A DNA stretch of 64,000 nucleotides from an uncultured Planctomycetaceae bacterium (lineage in GTDB: Bacteria > Planctomycetota > UBA1135 > GCA-002686595), in contig CAZDQL010000009.1 of assembly GCA_964507325.1 (NCBI GenBank), forward strand, positions 3,853-67,852. The letters run 5' to 3'. The stretch's first letter is position 1. Each line of letters begins with the position of its first letter. Under the pieces are notes generated by a model. The model saw only the letters and a list, made by a program, of their open reading frames with translations. It was not told the origin of the DNA and searched no databases. Position numbers and translations under genes: made by a program. Of this stretch, positions 1-10,317 are shown in pieces.

Positions 1-174
1 GAGGCGCGGGTGAGGGGGGAGGGGGATCTCGGGGTCGCGATCTTCCAGGCCGCGGAGGAGTGCGGGACGGTGGTGCGGGAGATCATCCCCAGTCGCAACT
101 CCCTCGAGGAGATCTACCTCGAGGCGGTCCGGGCGACCGACGGCGCACCGGAGCCGGAAGAGGGTCGGAGCTGA
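1..174 (+). CDS. 3' fragment of a CDS entering from upstream; C-terminal region resembling ABC-transporter ATPase tails
   Basis: Frame is open from the window edge to TGA at 172-174, one nt before the next ATG. The C-terminal '...NSLEEIYLEAV...' is typical of ABC ATPase C-terminal helices. A second ABC ATPase and permeases follow. Confidence 0.4.
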   Translation, partial: EARVRGEGDLGVAIFQAAEECGTVVREIIPSRNSLEEIYLEAVRATDGAPEPEEGRS

Positions 175-175
175 G

Positions 176-1273
176 ATGCCGATCGCGGAACTAGGCTACC
201 GACACTGGGAAGGCAGGCGCACCGGGCCCTTGCGCAGGTGCCTCGCCATCGCTCGCTCGGAGGTCACGATCGCCTTCCAGAGCAGCCGGCTGCTGCGGCG
301 GTTCCTCCTCGTCGCCTGGATGCCGATCCTCTACTTCTGCCCTTTCTTCCTGGCGATCGGATACGTCGCAGATCCGAACAATGAGCTCGAGTCGGGCGCC
401 ATGCTCACCGAGCTCGCCCGGGAGTTCGTCTCCACCGAGGTGATCGGCAAGCTACGGGAGGATCCGCAGCATCTCCTACCCGCCATCTGGTCGATCGCCT
501 TCTACCTGTTCTTCGCCTGGACGCAGTCGTTCCTGTCGATGATCGTGGTCGCGATTGTCGGACCGCCGCTGATCGCACGAGACCATCAGACCAAGGCCTT
601 CCTGGTCTACTTCAGCAAGCCGATCCAGGCCTGGCAGTACCTGTTCGGCAAGTTGTCCTCGCTGGTCTTCTTCGTGTTCAGCATGACGCTCGTTCCGGCG
701 CTCTTCCTGTACACGATCAGCATCGCCCTGTCGCCGGATGTGTCCACTCTGACGGCTACCCTTCCGATCCTCCTCGAGGTGGTGCTGGCCTCACTGATGA
801 CCGCGATTCCGATCGGGATGGTCGTGCTGCTGATCTCCTCGCTCACCCGGGACCGACGCATCGCGACCTTCGCGTGGCTACTCCTGTGGATCTTCGGCGA
901 GATCGCCTTCCGCGTTCTGACCGCATCCAGCGCCCTCTCGGGGAACTACCAGCCGCCCGCCTGGGCATCGCTGCTCTCCCTGCGCGAGCTCACCATGCGC
1001 GCGGTCTCGGGCATCTTCGGGGTGCGGGGCAACATCGAGACTCTGCTCAACGAGCTCGGCTCGTCCAGCGAAGGGCTGAGCCGCAACCTGCTCCGCCTGG
1101 CAGATGACATGGGCGATGCAGCGGTGATGGAGCGCCCCCACAGCGTGCTGCAGTTCACGGACCTCGCCGGCCTTGGGCTCTCGCCCGGGCTTTCCGCCCT
1201 GGCTCTGATCGCGCTCAGCATCGCTTGCGGCCTCATCATCTTGCGACGGGCGCGGAGGGCGGTGCGCATCTGA
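176..1273 (+). CDS. polytopic membrane protein, ABC-2 type permease-like
   Basis: 365 aa with multiple hydrophobic segments (FFCPFFLAIGYV, AIWSIAFYLFFAW, LVFFVFSMTLVPALFLYTISIAL, MVVLLISSL). Its stop TGA overlaps the ATG of the downstream ABC ATPase (ATCTGATGG). Confidence 0.55.
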   Translation: MPIAELGYRHWEGRRTGPLRRCLAIARSEVTIAFQSSRLLRRFLLVAWMPILYFCPFFLAIGYVADPNNELESGAMLTELAREFVSTEVIGKLREDPQHLLPAIWSIAFYLFFAWTQSFLSMIVVAIVGPPLIARDHQTKAFLVYFSKPIQAWQYLFGKLSSLVFFVFSMTLVPALFLYTISIALSPDVSTLTATLPILLEVVLASLMTAIPIGMVVLLISSLTRDRRIATFAWLLLWIFGEIAFRVLTASSALSGNYQPPAWASLLSLRELTMRAVSGIFGVRGNIETLLNELGSSSEGLSRNLLRLADDMGDAAVMERPHSVLQFTDLAGLGLSPGLSALALIALSIACGLIILRRARRAVRI

Positions 1274-2199
1274 TGGAGAAGCTCCTCGAGACCCGCTCCC
1301 TGACCAAGCTCTACGGGGATGTGATCGGCGTCAACGACATCACCCTCGACCTCGAGCCGGGCGTGATCGGGCTGCTGGGCCCGAATGGCGCGGGCAAGTC
1401 GACCTTCCTCAAGCTGATCACCGGGCAACTGCGCCCTACCGAGGGTCATCTCGAGGTGCTGGGCCTGCGGCCGTGGGCCAACATGCGGCTCTTCGAGCGC
1501 CTCGGCCTCTGTCCCGAGCAGGACTCCTTCTACGACCAGCTTTCGGCCCTCGAGTTCGTGACCACCCTGGCCAAGATCTCCGGACTCGGATCCACGGCGC
1601 GCTCACGGGCCGAGGGAGCACTCGAACGGGTCGGCGCCACCGAGTTCATGCGGCGGCCGATCAGCAGCTACTCCAAGGGGATGCGGCAGCGCACGAAAAT
1701 CGCGCAGTCGATCGTTCACGACCCCGACCTTCTGGTCCTGGACGAGCCGCTGGCGGGGACCGATCCGGTCTGTCGGCGGGAGATCATGGACCTGGTGAGC
1801 GACCTCGGCGCCGAGGGCAAGAGCATCCTGGTCGCCTCACACGTCCTGCACGAGGTGCAGGCGATGACCGATGAGTTCGTGCTGATCTACGGGGGGCGGA
1901 TGCTCGCCTCCGGCGACGTGGGGGAGATCCGCTCGCTCATGAACCAGTTCCCACACCGCATCACCATCCGCTGCGACGACGCCCGCAAGCTGGCGCATGC
2001 GCTGGTGCTGGAGTTCGCGATCCAGGGTGTCGAGATCGACGCCGAGCGTGGGGAGCTGAACGTGCTGACCCACGACCCGGGTCGCTTCTACGCCGGCTTG
2101 CCGCGCGTCGCCCTGCAGGCGGGCGTAGCAGTCCGCGAGCTGACCTCCGAGGACGACAAACTGGCAGCCGTCTTCAACTACCTGGTGTCGGTGCAGTGA
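1273..2199 (+). CDS. ABC transporter ATP-binding protein
   Basis: Walker A GPNGAGKST, ABC signature YSKGMRQR, Walker B LLVLDEP, H-loop. The start ATG overlaps the upstream stop. It is translationally coupled (ATGA-type overlap) to the downstream permease. Confidence 0.9.
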   Translation: MEKLLETRSLTKLYGDVIGVNDITLDLEPGVIGLLGPNGAGKSTFLKLITGQLRPTEGHLEVLGLRPWANMRLFERLGLCPEQDSFYDQLSALEFVTTLAKISGLGSTARSRAEGALERVGATEFMRRPISSYSKGMRQRTKIAQSIVHDPDLLVLDEPLAGTDPVCRREIMDLVSDLGAEGKSILVASHVLHEVQAMTDEFVLIYGGRMLASGDVGEIRSLMNQFPHRITIRCDDARKLAHALVLEFAIQGVEIDAERGELNVLTHDPGRFYAGLPRVALQAGVAVRELTSEDDKLAAVFNYLVSVQ

Positions 2200-3284
2200 T
2201 GTTCGAGATCTACCGCATGCAGCTGCGCCAGATCCTCGGTGGGAGGATGAAGTGGCTGGTGGTGGGTATCCTCGTACTGCCGGTGCTCCTGACCTTGGCG
2301 CTGGTCAGTGCCAGTGGCCACGAGGCGATCGAGCGTGAGATCCAGCGCGCGGTCGAACGGGATCGGTACTACCAGGAGATCGTGACCAAGGCGCTGTCCA
2401 CCACGGCTCGACCTATGGCCTGGGAGGGGAAGGACGTCGACCTCCTCGGCGGCTACTGGACCCTGACGGAGGAGGGCCTCCGCCGCTGGGGAGACCTCGT
2501 CGACTACGAGGGGACGGTCGTCGTCAACGAGGGCTACCTCATCTTCGTGAATGGACGCCTGTGGATCGACGAGAGCAAGGAGGCCCCGGGGGATCGGATC
2601 AGCATCCAGAGCTTCTCCGGCCAGTTGGACGAGCCGCTGCGATCTGCCGAAGTCCCCATCACGATGCGGGCCCTCCGCACCTTCTATCTGTTCCTGCTCT
2701 ACCCTCAGGCGATCTGTCTCTTGATCTCGCTCTTCTACGGCACGTCCGTGCTGGGGCACGAGCTCAGTGGCAAGACCTTGACCTACCTTTTCACGCGGGC
2801 ACTGCCGCGCTGGAGGTTCGTCCTGGGGAAGTACCTCGGGATTCTGGCCGCGCTCACGATTCCCGCCGCTCTCAGTCTGCTGATCTCCTGGGTGCTCATG
2901 GGCGCGGAGGGCGGATTCGTAACCCTGGCCGGGTTGCTAGCCGGCACCCTCGGAGCACTGTTCGCCTACAACGCACTCTTCATCTTGTTCGGCTTCCTGA
3001 TCCCCCGCAGGGCCATGATCGCGGCCCTGATCTACGGCGTCGTCTTCGAGCTGATCCTGTCGTTCATTCCCGCCCTGGTGAACCAGTTCACGATCACTTA
3101 CTACCTGCGCTCGATCGTGGTCGCGGTCCTCGATGTCGAGATCCCCAAGGAGGCCGTTCGTGTCGTGGGCGGCGCCTCGCCAACCGGCGCCATATTGGCC
3201 CTGGCGGGGATGACCATCGGAGCCTTGGTGCTCTCCAGCCTCCTCGCCACCCATCGGGAGTACGTGATTCGGGATCAGGCTTGA
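2196..3284 (+). CDS. ABC-2 type transporter permease
   Basis: 362 aa. It has an N-terminal TM segment, a large periplasmic loop, then about 5 C-terminal TM helices (LFYGTSVLGHELSGKTLTYLFTRALPRW...), which is the ABC-2 permease architecture. Its start overlaps the ATPase stop. Confidence 0.7.
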   Translation: MMFEIYRMQLRQILGGRMKWLVVGILVLPVLLTLALVSASGHEAIEREIQRAVERDRYYQEIVTKALSTTARPMAWEGKDVDLLGGYWTLTEEGLRRWGDLVDYEGTVVVNEGYLIFVNGRLWIDESKEAPGDRISIQSFSGQLDEPLRSAEVPITMRALRTFYLFLLYPQAICLLISLFYGTSVLGHELSGKTLTYLFTRALPRWRFVLGKYLGILAALTIPAALSLLISWVLMGAEGGFVTLAGLLAGTLGALFAYNALFILFGFLIPRRAMIAALIYGVVFELILSFIPALVNQFTITYYLRSIVVAVLDVEIPKEAVRVVGGASPTGAILALAGMTIGALVLSSLLATHREYVIRDQA

Positions 3285-3296
3285 CCGGGCCCCGAC

Positions 3297-4559
3297 TCAG
3301 ACGTCGCGCGCGGATCCCTCCTGCTCCGGCAGCCGGTAGTGGAAGATCGCCAGCGTCGGAATCGGGGGGTAGCTGAGGTTCAGGCGATAGCCGCGGAACT
3401 CCTCGAGGGCGCACCCCATGCGCTCGGCGACCCCGGAGAGGAGCTCCGACTGCCCGGGTACGTGGGGGCTGGAGAGGACCGGCGGGCCCGCCCCGAGCGA
3501 CTCGACGCTCGCGATCCGCGGGAGGAGGAAGCGCTCGTGCTTCGTCAGCGGCATCTCGATCCGGCCCTGCAGCAGGCTGTAGAGATCCAGAGCGGGCGCG
3601 CCGGCGAAAGGCAGGTCGCGGTGCACGAGGAGGTCGAAGTGCGCGCGCTCGGCGGGCGTGTTCAGGCGCAGGAAGTACTCGCCCCGGTCGTCCCCCTCGC
3701 GGGCGTGCATCGAGCCGAAGCCGCGCAGGATCCAGCCGAAGTGGCACGTCATCGCCGCGGTGTTGCCGACCGGTCCCTCGCGCAGCACGAAGATCGTCCC
3801 GTCGGGCGCAGGCACGCTGCGCACGTCCGGCAGCGGCTGGGAGCAGAACGCGCGCAAGAGCGGCGGCTCGCCGGCCCGGACGTCCGCGTCGATCGGCTCG
3901 ACCCGCCGCGGACCGCCGTCCGGATCCTCGGACGCGTGCTGCTCCTGGGTCAGCGGCCAGGTCGCGGTCGGACGCAGCCGCCTGAAGTCGACCAGCCCGC
4001 CCACGATGCCGACGTCCAGACGGCCGGGCGCCTCGCGCGAGGGGACGATCAGGTGCGCGCCCGATCGGACGCGGGCCTGCACGCCGAAGATCGAGGTGTT
4101 GCCCTGGAACGCGGCCTTGCGGGTGGCCTCGAGCAGGGGCGCGTCGACCCGCTCGGGCCGCATCGAGCCCAGCATCCGCTCGAGCGTCGCGCGGTCACCC
4201 GCGTGCAGCTCGACCATCGCCTCGAACTCCGCCAGGGCGCCGCGCGCCGCGTCGATCGTCTCGGCGGCGGCACCTCCCTTGGCGAGACCCTTGAGGAGGA
4301 TGTCGCAACCCGACGCGCCCGGCAGGTGCTGCACGAGCTGGTACGGGTCGGGCGTGTTGACGATCTTGCAGAGCTTCCAGGCGAGGTTCTTGTTGAAGCC
4401 GAAGCGGCGGGCCACCGACTGGGGAGCGCTGGGATCCGCGCCGACGCTCGTGAGGAGTTCGGTGAGGGCCCCGCGAACGCGCTGGACGGTGCGCTCGAAG
4501 TGGGTGGGGAAGGCGACGGCCGGAAGGCCGAGGGTGGGCGGAGGGGCGGGGTCGGGCAT
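3297..4559 (-). CDS. hypothetical protein (420 aa, no recognisable domain)
   Basis: Long ORF with protein-like composition. The opposite-strand ORF 3339-4580 is Arg/Ala-rich and typical of GC-rich antisense artefacts. The gene is convergent with the ABC permease, 12 bp apart. Confidence 0.4.
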   Translation of the reverse strand: MPDPAPPPTLGLPAVAFPTHFERTVQRVRGALTELLTSVGADPSAPQSVARRFGFNKNLAWKLCKIVNTPDPYQLVQHLPGASGCDILLKGLAKGGAAAETIDAARGALAEFEAMVELHAGDRATLERMLGSMRPERVDAPLLEATRKAAFQGNTSIFGVQARVRSGAHLIVPSREAPGRLDVGIVGGLVDFRRLRPTATWPLTQEQHASEDPDGGPRRVEPIDADVRAGEPPLLRAFCSQPLPDVRSVPAPDGTIFVLREGPVGNTAAMTCHFGWILRGFGSMHAREGDDRGEYFLRLNTPAERAHFDLLVHRDLPFAGAPALDLYSLLQGRIEMPLTKHERFLLPRIASVESLGAGPPVLSSPHVPGQSELLSGVAERMGCALEEFRGYRLNLSYPPIPTLAIFHYRLPEQEGSARDV

Positions 4560-4769
4560 GGGGCGATAGGGGCACCCTAGCAGGCCTCCAGGGCCGATCC
4601 CAGCCCTCAGGGGAAATTCTCAGAAATTTCCCTGGGGAAGCTTGCAGGGAAGAATTTGGGCGCTATCCTCCCGCCCATCGACCGAGCAGGCGGCCCTTCG
4701 ACACGGCGCTGCGCCCCGACCGCCGCCCTCCCCAAACCCTCCTCCCCGAGGAGCCACCCAGGAACCACC

Positions 4770-6224
4770 ATGCACTTCCCCACGCTCCGCAATCTGATCC
4801 CCCTCGCGGGCCTCGGCCTCCTCGCGTCGACGGCCTCCGCCCAAGCGACCCTCGATACCCACTCCCCGAGTGGGGCCGCGCGCATGACCCCCGACGGCCA
4901 GACGATCGTCGGCTCCGGGAGCCAGGGCGCCTGGCTCTACACCACCGCGGGCGGCTACGTCCAGCTCGGTGGAGGGGGGGGCGTCGACCTCTCCGACGAC
5001 GCGGCGGTCGTGGCCGGCAACCGGGTCGGCGCGTCCACCTACGACGGCCCCGCCCTCTGGGACGCGGTGAACGGCTGGGTCGACCTGGGCGGGATCCCCG
5101 GCCAGACCCCCCCCGGCGACTCGCACGGGACCGCCTACCAGGTCTCGGGCGACGGCGCGGTCGTCGTCGGCCTCGGCTGGCACTCCAACTGGAAGGCGCG
5201 CGGCTTCCGCTGGGACGCGACCACCGGCGTGGTCGAGCTGCCGCAGATGGGCCCGAACAGCTCGCGCGCGAGCGCGATCTCGGGCGACGGCCTCTGGATC
5301 GGGGGCTTCGACGAGGCCGCCAACGGCACGCGCCGTGCGGCGCTCTGGGACGCTGGCCTGAACGAGACCCTCTTCCTCGTGCGCCCCGAGAACCCGAACG
5401 GGTACGGCGAGATCAACGACATGAACCACGACGGCACCGTGATCGTCGGGATCGACACCCTCGACACCGAGCCCGGCTCCGGCTACCGCTGGACGCCGAC
5501 CGAGGGCGTGGTGCGCTTCGGCCCGGTGCCCGGCGTCGACCCGTGGATGAACTACAACTGGGCCAGCGCGTGCTCCGAGGACGGCGAGGTCGTGGTCGGC
5601 GGCAACTGGGACCTCTTCATGAACACGACCTACGCCACGATCTGGACCGAGGCGACGGGCGTGATGTTCCTGCACGACTACCTGACCGCCCTCGGCGTGC
5701 CCGGCCTGGACATGATCCAGCTCGCCAGCGCCACAGACGTCAGCGCGGACGGCACCAAGATCCTCGGCTGGGGCGTCACCCCTCCCTTCAACTTCATCTG
5801 GTGGGAGGCGAGGATCCCGAGCTGCAACGGCGGCACCGCGAGCTTCTGCATCACCTCGCCGAACTCCGTCGGCAGCGGCGCGCTGATCGGCTCGAACGGG
5901 CACGTCTCGGTCGCCTCCAACAGCCTCGAGCTCACCGCGGGCCCGGTCCCGGACGAGTTCGGCCTGTTCTTCCTCGGCGACTCGACGACGCAGGTTCCCC
6001 TGGGCGACGGCTTCCTGTGCCTCTCGGGCAAGCTCTACCGCTTCCCGGCCGAGCTGGCGAGCGGCAACGTCCTGCGCCACGAGGTCGACTTCGGGGCCTG
6101 GCCGGCCGCCGGGCTCCTGGACCCCGGCTCGACCTGGCACTTCCAGGCCTGGTACCGCGACCCCGCCGCGGGCGGGACGGGCTCGAACTTCTCCGACGGC
6201 CTCACCGTGACGTTCTGCGACTGA
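4770..6224 (+). CDS. secreted HAF-repeat (extracellular repeat) protein
   Basis: Signal peptide MHFPTLRNLIPLAGLGLLASTASAQA. There are about 4-5 repeats of the pattern 'G(D/S)G.(V/I)VG.......RA.LW....G...L' (e.g. AAVVAGNRVGASTYDGPALWDAVNGWVDLG; GAVVVGLGWHSNWKARGFRWDATTGVVELP), which matches HAF-type extracellular repeats. In-frame ATG at 4770 is preferred over the ORF-track start at 4656. Confidence 0.55.
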   Translation: MHFPTLRNLIPLAGLGLLASTASAQATLDTHSPSGAARMTPDGQTIVGSGSQGAWLYTTAGGYVQLGGGGGVDLSDDAAVVAGNRVGASTYDGPALWDAVNGWVDLGGIPGQTPPGDSHGTAYQVSGDGAVVVGLGWHSNWKARGFRWDATTGVVELPQMGPNSSRASAISGDGLWIGGFDEAANGTRRAALWDAGLNETLFLVRPENPNGYGEINDMNHDGTVIVGIDTLDTEPGSGYRWTPTEGVVRFGPVPGVDPWMNYNWASACSEDGEVVVGGNWDLFMNTTYATIWTEATGVMFLHDYLTALGVPGLDMIQLASATDVSADGTKILGWGVTPPFNFIWWEARIPSCNGGTASFCITSPNSVGSGALIGSNGHVSVASNSLELTAGPVPDEFGLFFLGDSTTQVPLGDGFLCLSGKLYRFPAELASGNVLRHEVDFGAWPAAGLLDPGSTWHFQAWYRDPAAGGTGSNFSDGLTVTFCD

Positions 6225-6693
6225 GACCGCCCCACGCGACCACGGGGGCGCTCCCCCGTACCCTCACCTCCGCGAGCCGCCGGGACCCCATCCGGCGGCT
6301 CGCGCCGCATTCCGCCCGAGGAGCTCCACAGCACCTCGTCCGCTCCGTCCGCGCAGTCGACCTCCATCGACTCGAATCCCTCGATCGAAGACAGCGCCAA
6401 CGGTCCTCCCGGGAGGCGGCCCGCACCTCGCGGCATGCCGGTGACGACGGGGGTCACAGTGCGAACACCGGAGACCTCCTCGGAGAAGAGATTGCCCTGA
6501 TCCCATGCGAGCAGTCCGCACGAGTGGCCGGCCGACGTGGTCGTATTCAGGTGACAACGACTCCGTATTGGGGGTGGTCAATCCCCACCCGAGAGCTAAC
6601 ATGCGCGCCGAAGCATCGCACGGTGCCCGGGGCTCCACCCGCTAGGGGTGTGGGTTCGTCACGCCCCGGGCCGGGGCTTCCAAGGAGAAAACG

Positions 6694-9600
6694 ATGTCAG
6701 ATCGACGCATGATCACGGTGGATGGCAACGAGGCCACCTCGTCCGTTGCCCACCGTACCAACGAGGTGATCGCGATCTACCCGATCACGCCTTCCTCCAA
6801 CATGGGGGAGTTCGCCGACGAATGGTCGGCCAAGGGTCAGAAGAACATCTGGGGAACCATCCCCGACGTCGTGGAGATGCAGTCGGAGGGCGGTGCCGCG
6901 GGCGCCGTTCACGGCGCGCTGCAGGCCGGTGCTCTGAGCACGACTTTCACGGCCTCGCAGGGGCTGCTCCTGATGATCCCGAACCTGTACAAGATCGCGG
7001 GAGAGCTGACCTCGTACTGCATGCACGTGTCGGCGAGGACCGTCGCGACGCACGCCCTGTCGATCTTCGGGGACCACTCCGACGTCATGGCCTGCCGTCA
7101 GATCGGACTCGCGTTGCTGGCCTCGGGCTCGGTCCAGGAGGCCCACGACATGGCCTGCATCGGCCAGGCCGCCACGCTCCGGTCCCGCATCCCGTTCCTG
7201 CACTTCTTCGACGGGTTCCGCACCTCCCATGAGGTCGCCAAGATCGAGGAGCTGACCGACGACGACCTGCGGCTCATGCTCCCCGACGACCTCATCCGGG
7301 CGCACCGCGAGCGCGCCATGACCCCGGATCGCCCCGTCCTGCGCGGCACCGCCCAGAACCCGGATGCGTTCTTCCAGGCCCGGGAGACGATCAATCCCTT
7401 CTACCAAGCCTGTCCGCAGACCGTTCAGGAGGTGATGGACCAGTTCGCCGGGCTGGTCGGGCGCCAGTACCACCTGTTCGACTACGTCGGCCACCCGGAG
7501 GCGGACCGCGTCGCCGTGATCATGGGCTCGGGCGCCGAGACGGTGCACGAGGCCGTCGAGTATCTCAACGGCCAGGGCGAGAAGGTCGGCTTGCTGAAGG
7601 TCCGCCTGTACCGTCCGTTCGCCATCGAGCGCTTCGTCGAGGCGCTGCCGGCGACGACGCGCTCGATCGCGGTGCTCGACCGCACCAAGGAGCCCGGCGC
7701 TGTGGGCGATCCGCTCTACGTCGACATCTTGGGGGCGCTGCGGGAGATGCAGGTCGCCGGCAAGCTGCCGATGACCGAGTTCCCCAGGGTCATCGCCGGC
7801 CGCTACGGGCTGTCCTCCAAGGAGTTCAACACCGCCATGGTAAAGGCGGTGTTCGACGAGATCGGCAAGGACGAGCCGAAGAACCACTTCACGGTCGGGA
7901 TCGTCGACGACGTCACGCACACCTCGCTGGCGGTCGACGAGACGTTCGACACCGAGCCCGATGACGTCGTCCGCGGCGTGTTCTTCGGCCTCGGGGCCGA
8001 CGGCACCGTGGGCGCCAACAAGAACTCCATCAAGATCATCGGCGAGGAGACGCCCAACGAGGCCCAGGGGTACTTCGTCTACGACTCGAAGAAAGCCGGT
8101 GCGATCACCATCTCGCACCTCAGGTTCGGCCCGCGCAAGATCCGCTCGTCGTACCTCATCCGCCAGGCGAGCTTCGTGGCCTGTCACCAGTTCGTGTTCC
8201 TCGATCGCTACGACGTCCTGGAATACGCGGCGCCCGGTGCGGTGTTCCTGATCAACGCGCCGTTCCCCAAGGAGGAGGTCTGGGATTGCCTGCCGCGGGA
8301 GGTGCAGCAGCAGATCGTCGACAAGGACCTGAAGCTCTACACGATCGACGCCTACCGCGTGGCCCGCGAGGCCGGCATGGGCGCTCGCATCAACACGATC
8401 ATGCAGACCTGCTTCTTCGCGATCTCCGGCGTGCTGCCGCGTGACGAGGCGATCGCCAAGATCAAGGAGGCGATCGAGAAGACGTACGGCATGAAGGGCC
8501 GCGAGGTCGTGCAGCGCAACTTCGATGCGGTGGACACCACGCTCGCCAACCTCTTCGAGGTCGAGATCCCCGGCCAAGTGACGTCGGGGATGAACATGCC
8601 TCCGATCGTGGCCGACGAGGCGCCCGATTTCGTCAAGCAGGTGTCGGCCATGATGCTTGCGGGCAAGGGCGACCTGCTTCCGGTCAGCGCGTTCCCCACC
8701 GACGGCACGTGGCCGACGGCGACCGCCCAGTGGGAGAAGCGCAACATCGCCCAGGAGATCCCGATCTGGGATCCCGACATCTGCATTCAGTGCAACAAGT
8801 GCGCGATGGTGTGCCCGCACGCCGCCATCCGCGCCAAGGTCTACGAGCCGGCAGCCCTGTCGAGCGCGCCGAAGTCGTTCCAGTCGATGCCGTACAAGGC
8901 CAAGGACTTCAAGGACCAGGCGTACACGATCCAGGTGGCCCCGGAGGATTGCACCGGGTGCACCCTGTGTGTCGTCGTCTGCCCGGCGAAGGACAAGAAG
9001 AATCCGAAGCATCGTTCGCTCAACATGGCCTCGCACCTCGAGTACAAGGACGTCGAGGCCGAGAACTACTCCTTCTTCCTCGATCTGCCGGAGGTCGACC
9101 GCACCAAGGTCAAGATCGACGTCAAGGGCTCGCAGTTCCTGCAGCCGCTCTTCGAGTATTCCGGCGCGTGCGCGGGCTGCGGCGAGACGCCGTACGTCAA
9201 GCTGCTGACCCAGCTCTTCGGCGATCGCGCCCTGATCTCGAACGCCACTGGGTGCTCGTCGATCTACGGCGGGAACCTGCCGACGACCCCGTTCACCGTG
9301 GACCCGAATGGCCGCGGACCGACGTGGTCGAACTCCCTGTTCGAGGACAACGCCGAGTTCGGCTTCGGGTTCCGCCTGTCGGTCGACAGCCACCGGCGGT
9401 TGGCGGAACACCTCCTGCGCAGCATGGCCTCCGCGCTCGGCGAGACGCTGGTGACGGCGCTGATCGAGGCCGAGCAGGTCGACGAGGCGGGCATCGCCGA
9501 ACAGCGCGAGCGCGTCGAGGTACTGCGCCAGAAGCTGGCCGGCATCGACTCGCCCGAAGCGCGACGTCTCGAGACACTCGCGGACAACCTCGTCAAGAAG

Positions 9601-10305
9601 AGCGTCTGGCTGCTCGGCGGCGACGGCTGGGCCTACGACATCGGCTACGGCGGTCTCGATCACGTGCTGGCCATGGGTCGCGACGTCAACATCCTGGTGC
9701 TCGACACGCAGGTCTACTCGAACACCGGCGGGCAGCAGTCGAAGGCGACCCCGATCGGGGCCTCTGCCAAGTTCGCGGTCGCGGGCAAGGAGATCCCGAA
9801 GAAGGACCTCGGCATGCTCGCCATGTCGTACGGCAATGTCTACGTCGCCCAGATCGCGTTCGGCTCGAAGGACGCCCAGACGGTCAAGGCCTTCGCCGAG
9901 GCCGACTCGTACCCCGGGCCGTCGTTGATCATCGCCTACAGCCACTGCATCGCCCACGGGTACGACCTGGCGCACGGCTGCGATCAGCAGAAGCTCGCGG
10001 TCGACAGCGGCGCCTGGCCGCTGTACCGCTTCGACCCACGACGCGTCGCGGAGGGCAAGCCGCCCCTCGCCCTCGACTCCGGCAAGCCGAAGGCGTCCGT
10101 GATCGAATACATGCGGAACGAGACGCGCTTCCGGATGGTCGAGAAGCTCGACCCGAAACGGTTCGAGCTGCTGCAGAAGTCGGCCGCGCGGTCCGCCGCG
10201 CAGCGTTTCGCGGTCTACCAGCAACTCGCCGGCGTCACCGTGCCGACCGAGGAACTCATCGCCGAAGCGGCAGAGAAGCTCGTCGCCGACGCGGCGGAGA
10301 AGTAG
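6694..10305 (+). CDS. nifJ: pyruvate:ferredoxin (flavodoxin) oxidoreductase, single-polypeptide NifJ/PorABDG-fusion type
   Basis: 1203 aa. N-terminus is MSDRRMITVDGNEA...AIYPITPSS. Two 4Fe-4S ferredoxin motifs are present (CIQCNKCAMVCP, CTGCTLCVVVCP). The TPP-binding domain has GGDGWAYDIGYGGLDH, and the C-terminus has YRFDPRR. The RBS AAGGAGAAAACGATG lies upstream. Confidence 0.95.
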   Translation: MSDRRMITVDGNEATSSVAHRTNEVIAIYPITPSSNMGEFADEWSAKGQKNIWGTIPDVVEMQSEGGAAGAVHGALQAGALSTTFTASQGLLLMIPNLYKIAGELTSYCMHVSARTVATHALSIFGDHSDVMACRQIGLALLASGSVQEAHDMACIGQAATLRSRIPFLHFFDGFRTSHEVAKIEELTDDDLRLMLPDDLIRAHRERAMTPDRPVLRGTAQNPDAFFQARETINPFYQACPQTVQEVMDQFAGLVGRQYHLFDYVGHPEADRVAVIMGSGAETVHEAVEYLNGQGEKVGLLKVRLYRPFAIERFVEALPATTRSIAVLDRTKEPGAVGDPLYVDILGALREMQVAGKLPMTEFPRVIAGRYGLSSKEFNTAMVKAVFDEIGKDEPKNHFTVGIVDDVTHTSLAVDETFDTEPDDVVRGVFFGLGADGTVGANKNSIKIIGEETPNEAQGYFVYDSKKAGAITISHLRFGPRKIRSSYLIRQASFVACHQFVFLDRYDVLEYAAPGAVFLINAPFPKEEVWDCLPREVQQQIVDKDLKLYTIDAYRVAREAGMGARINTIMQTCFFAISGVLPRDEAIAKIKEAIEKTYGMKGREVVQRNFDAVDTTLANLFEVEIPGQVTSGMNMPPIVADEAPDFVKQVSAMMLAGKGDLLPVSAFPTDGTWPTATAQWEKRNIAQEIPIWDPDICIQCNKCAMVCPHAAIRAKVYEPAALSSAPKSFQSMPYKAKDFKDQAYTIQVAPEDCTGCTLCVVVCPAKDKKNPKHRSLNMASHLEYKDVEAENYSFFLDLPEVDRTKVKIDVKGSQFLQPLFEYSGACAGCGETPYVKLLTQLFGDRALISNATGCSSIYGGNLPTTPFTVDPNGRGPTWSNSLFEDNAEFGFGFRLSVDSHRRLAEHLLRSMASALGETLVTALIEAEQVDEAGIAEQRERVEVLRQKLAGIDSPEARRLETLADNLVKKSVWLLGGDGWAYDIGYGGLDHVLAMGRDVNILVLDTQVYSNTGGQQSKATPIGASAKFAVAGKEIPKKDLGMLAMSYGNVYVAQIAFGSKDAQTVKAFAEADSYPGPSLIIAYSHCIAHGYDLAHGCDQQKLAVDSGAWPLYRFDPRRVAEGKPPLALDSGKPKASVIEYMRNETRFRMVEKLDPKRFELLQKSAARSAAQRFAVYQQLAGVTVPTEELIAEAAEKLVADAAEK

Positions 10306-10317
10306 GAAACGGCTGCC

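Noticed and set aside
3339-4580. 413-aa plus-strand ORF overlapping the 3297-4559 hypothetical
   Set aside because: The two strands give similar-length ORFs. The plus-strand product is Arg/Glu/Ala-rich low complexity, so the minus strand was preferred, but with low confidence.
4620-6140. 506-aa minus-strand ORF opposite the HAF-repeat gene
   Set aside because: Gly/Arg/Ala-rich junk translation. The plus strand has a signal peptide and ordered repeats.
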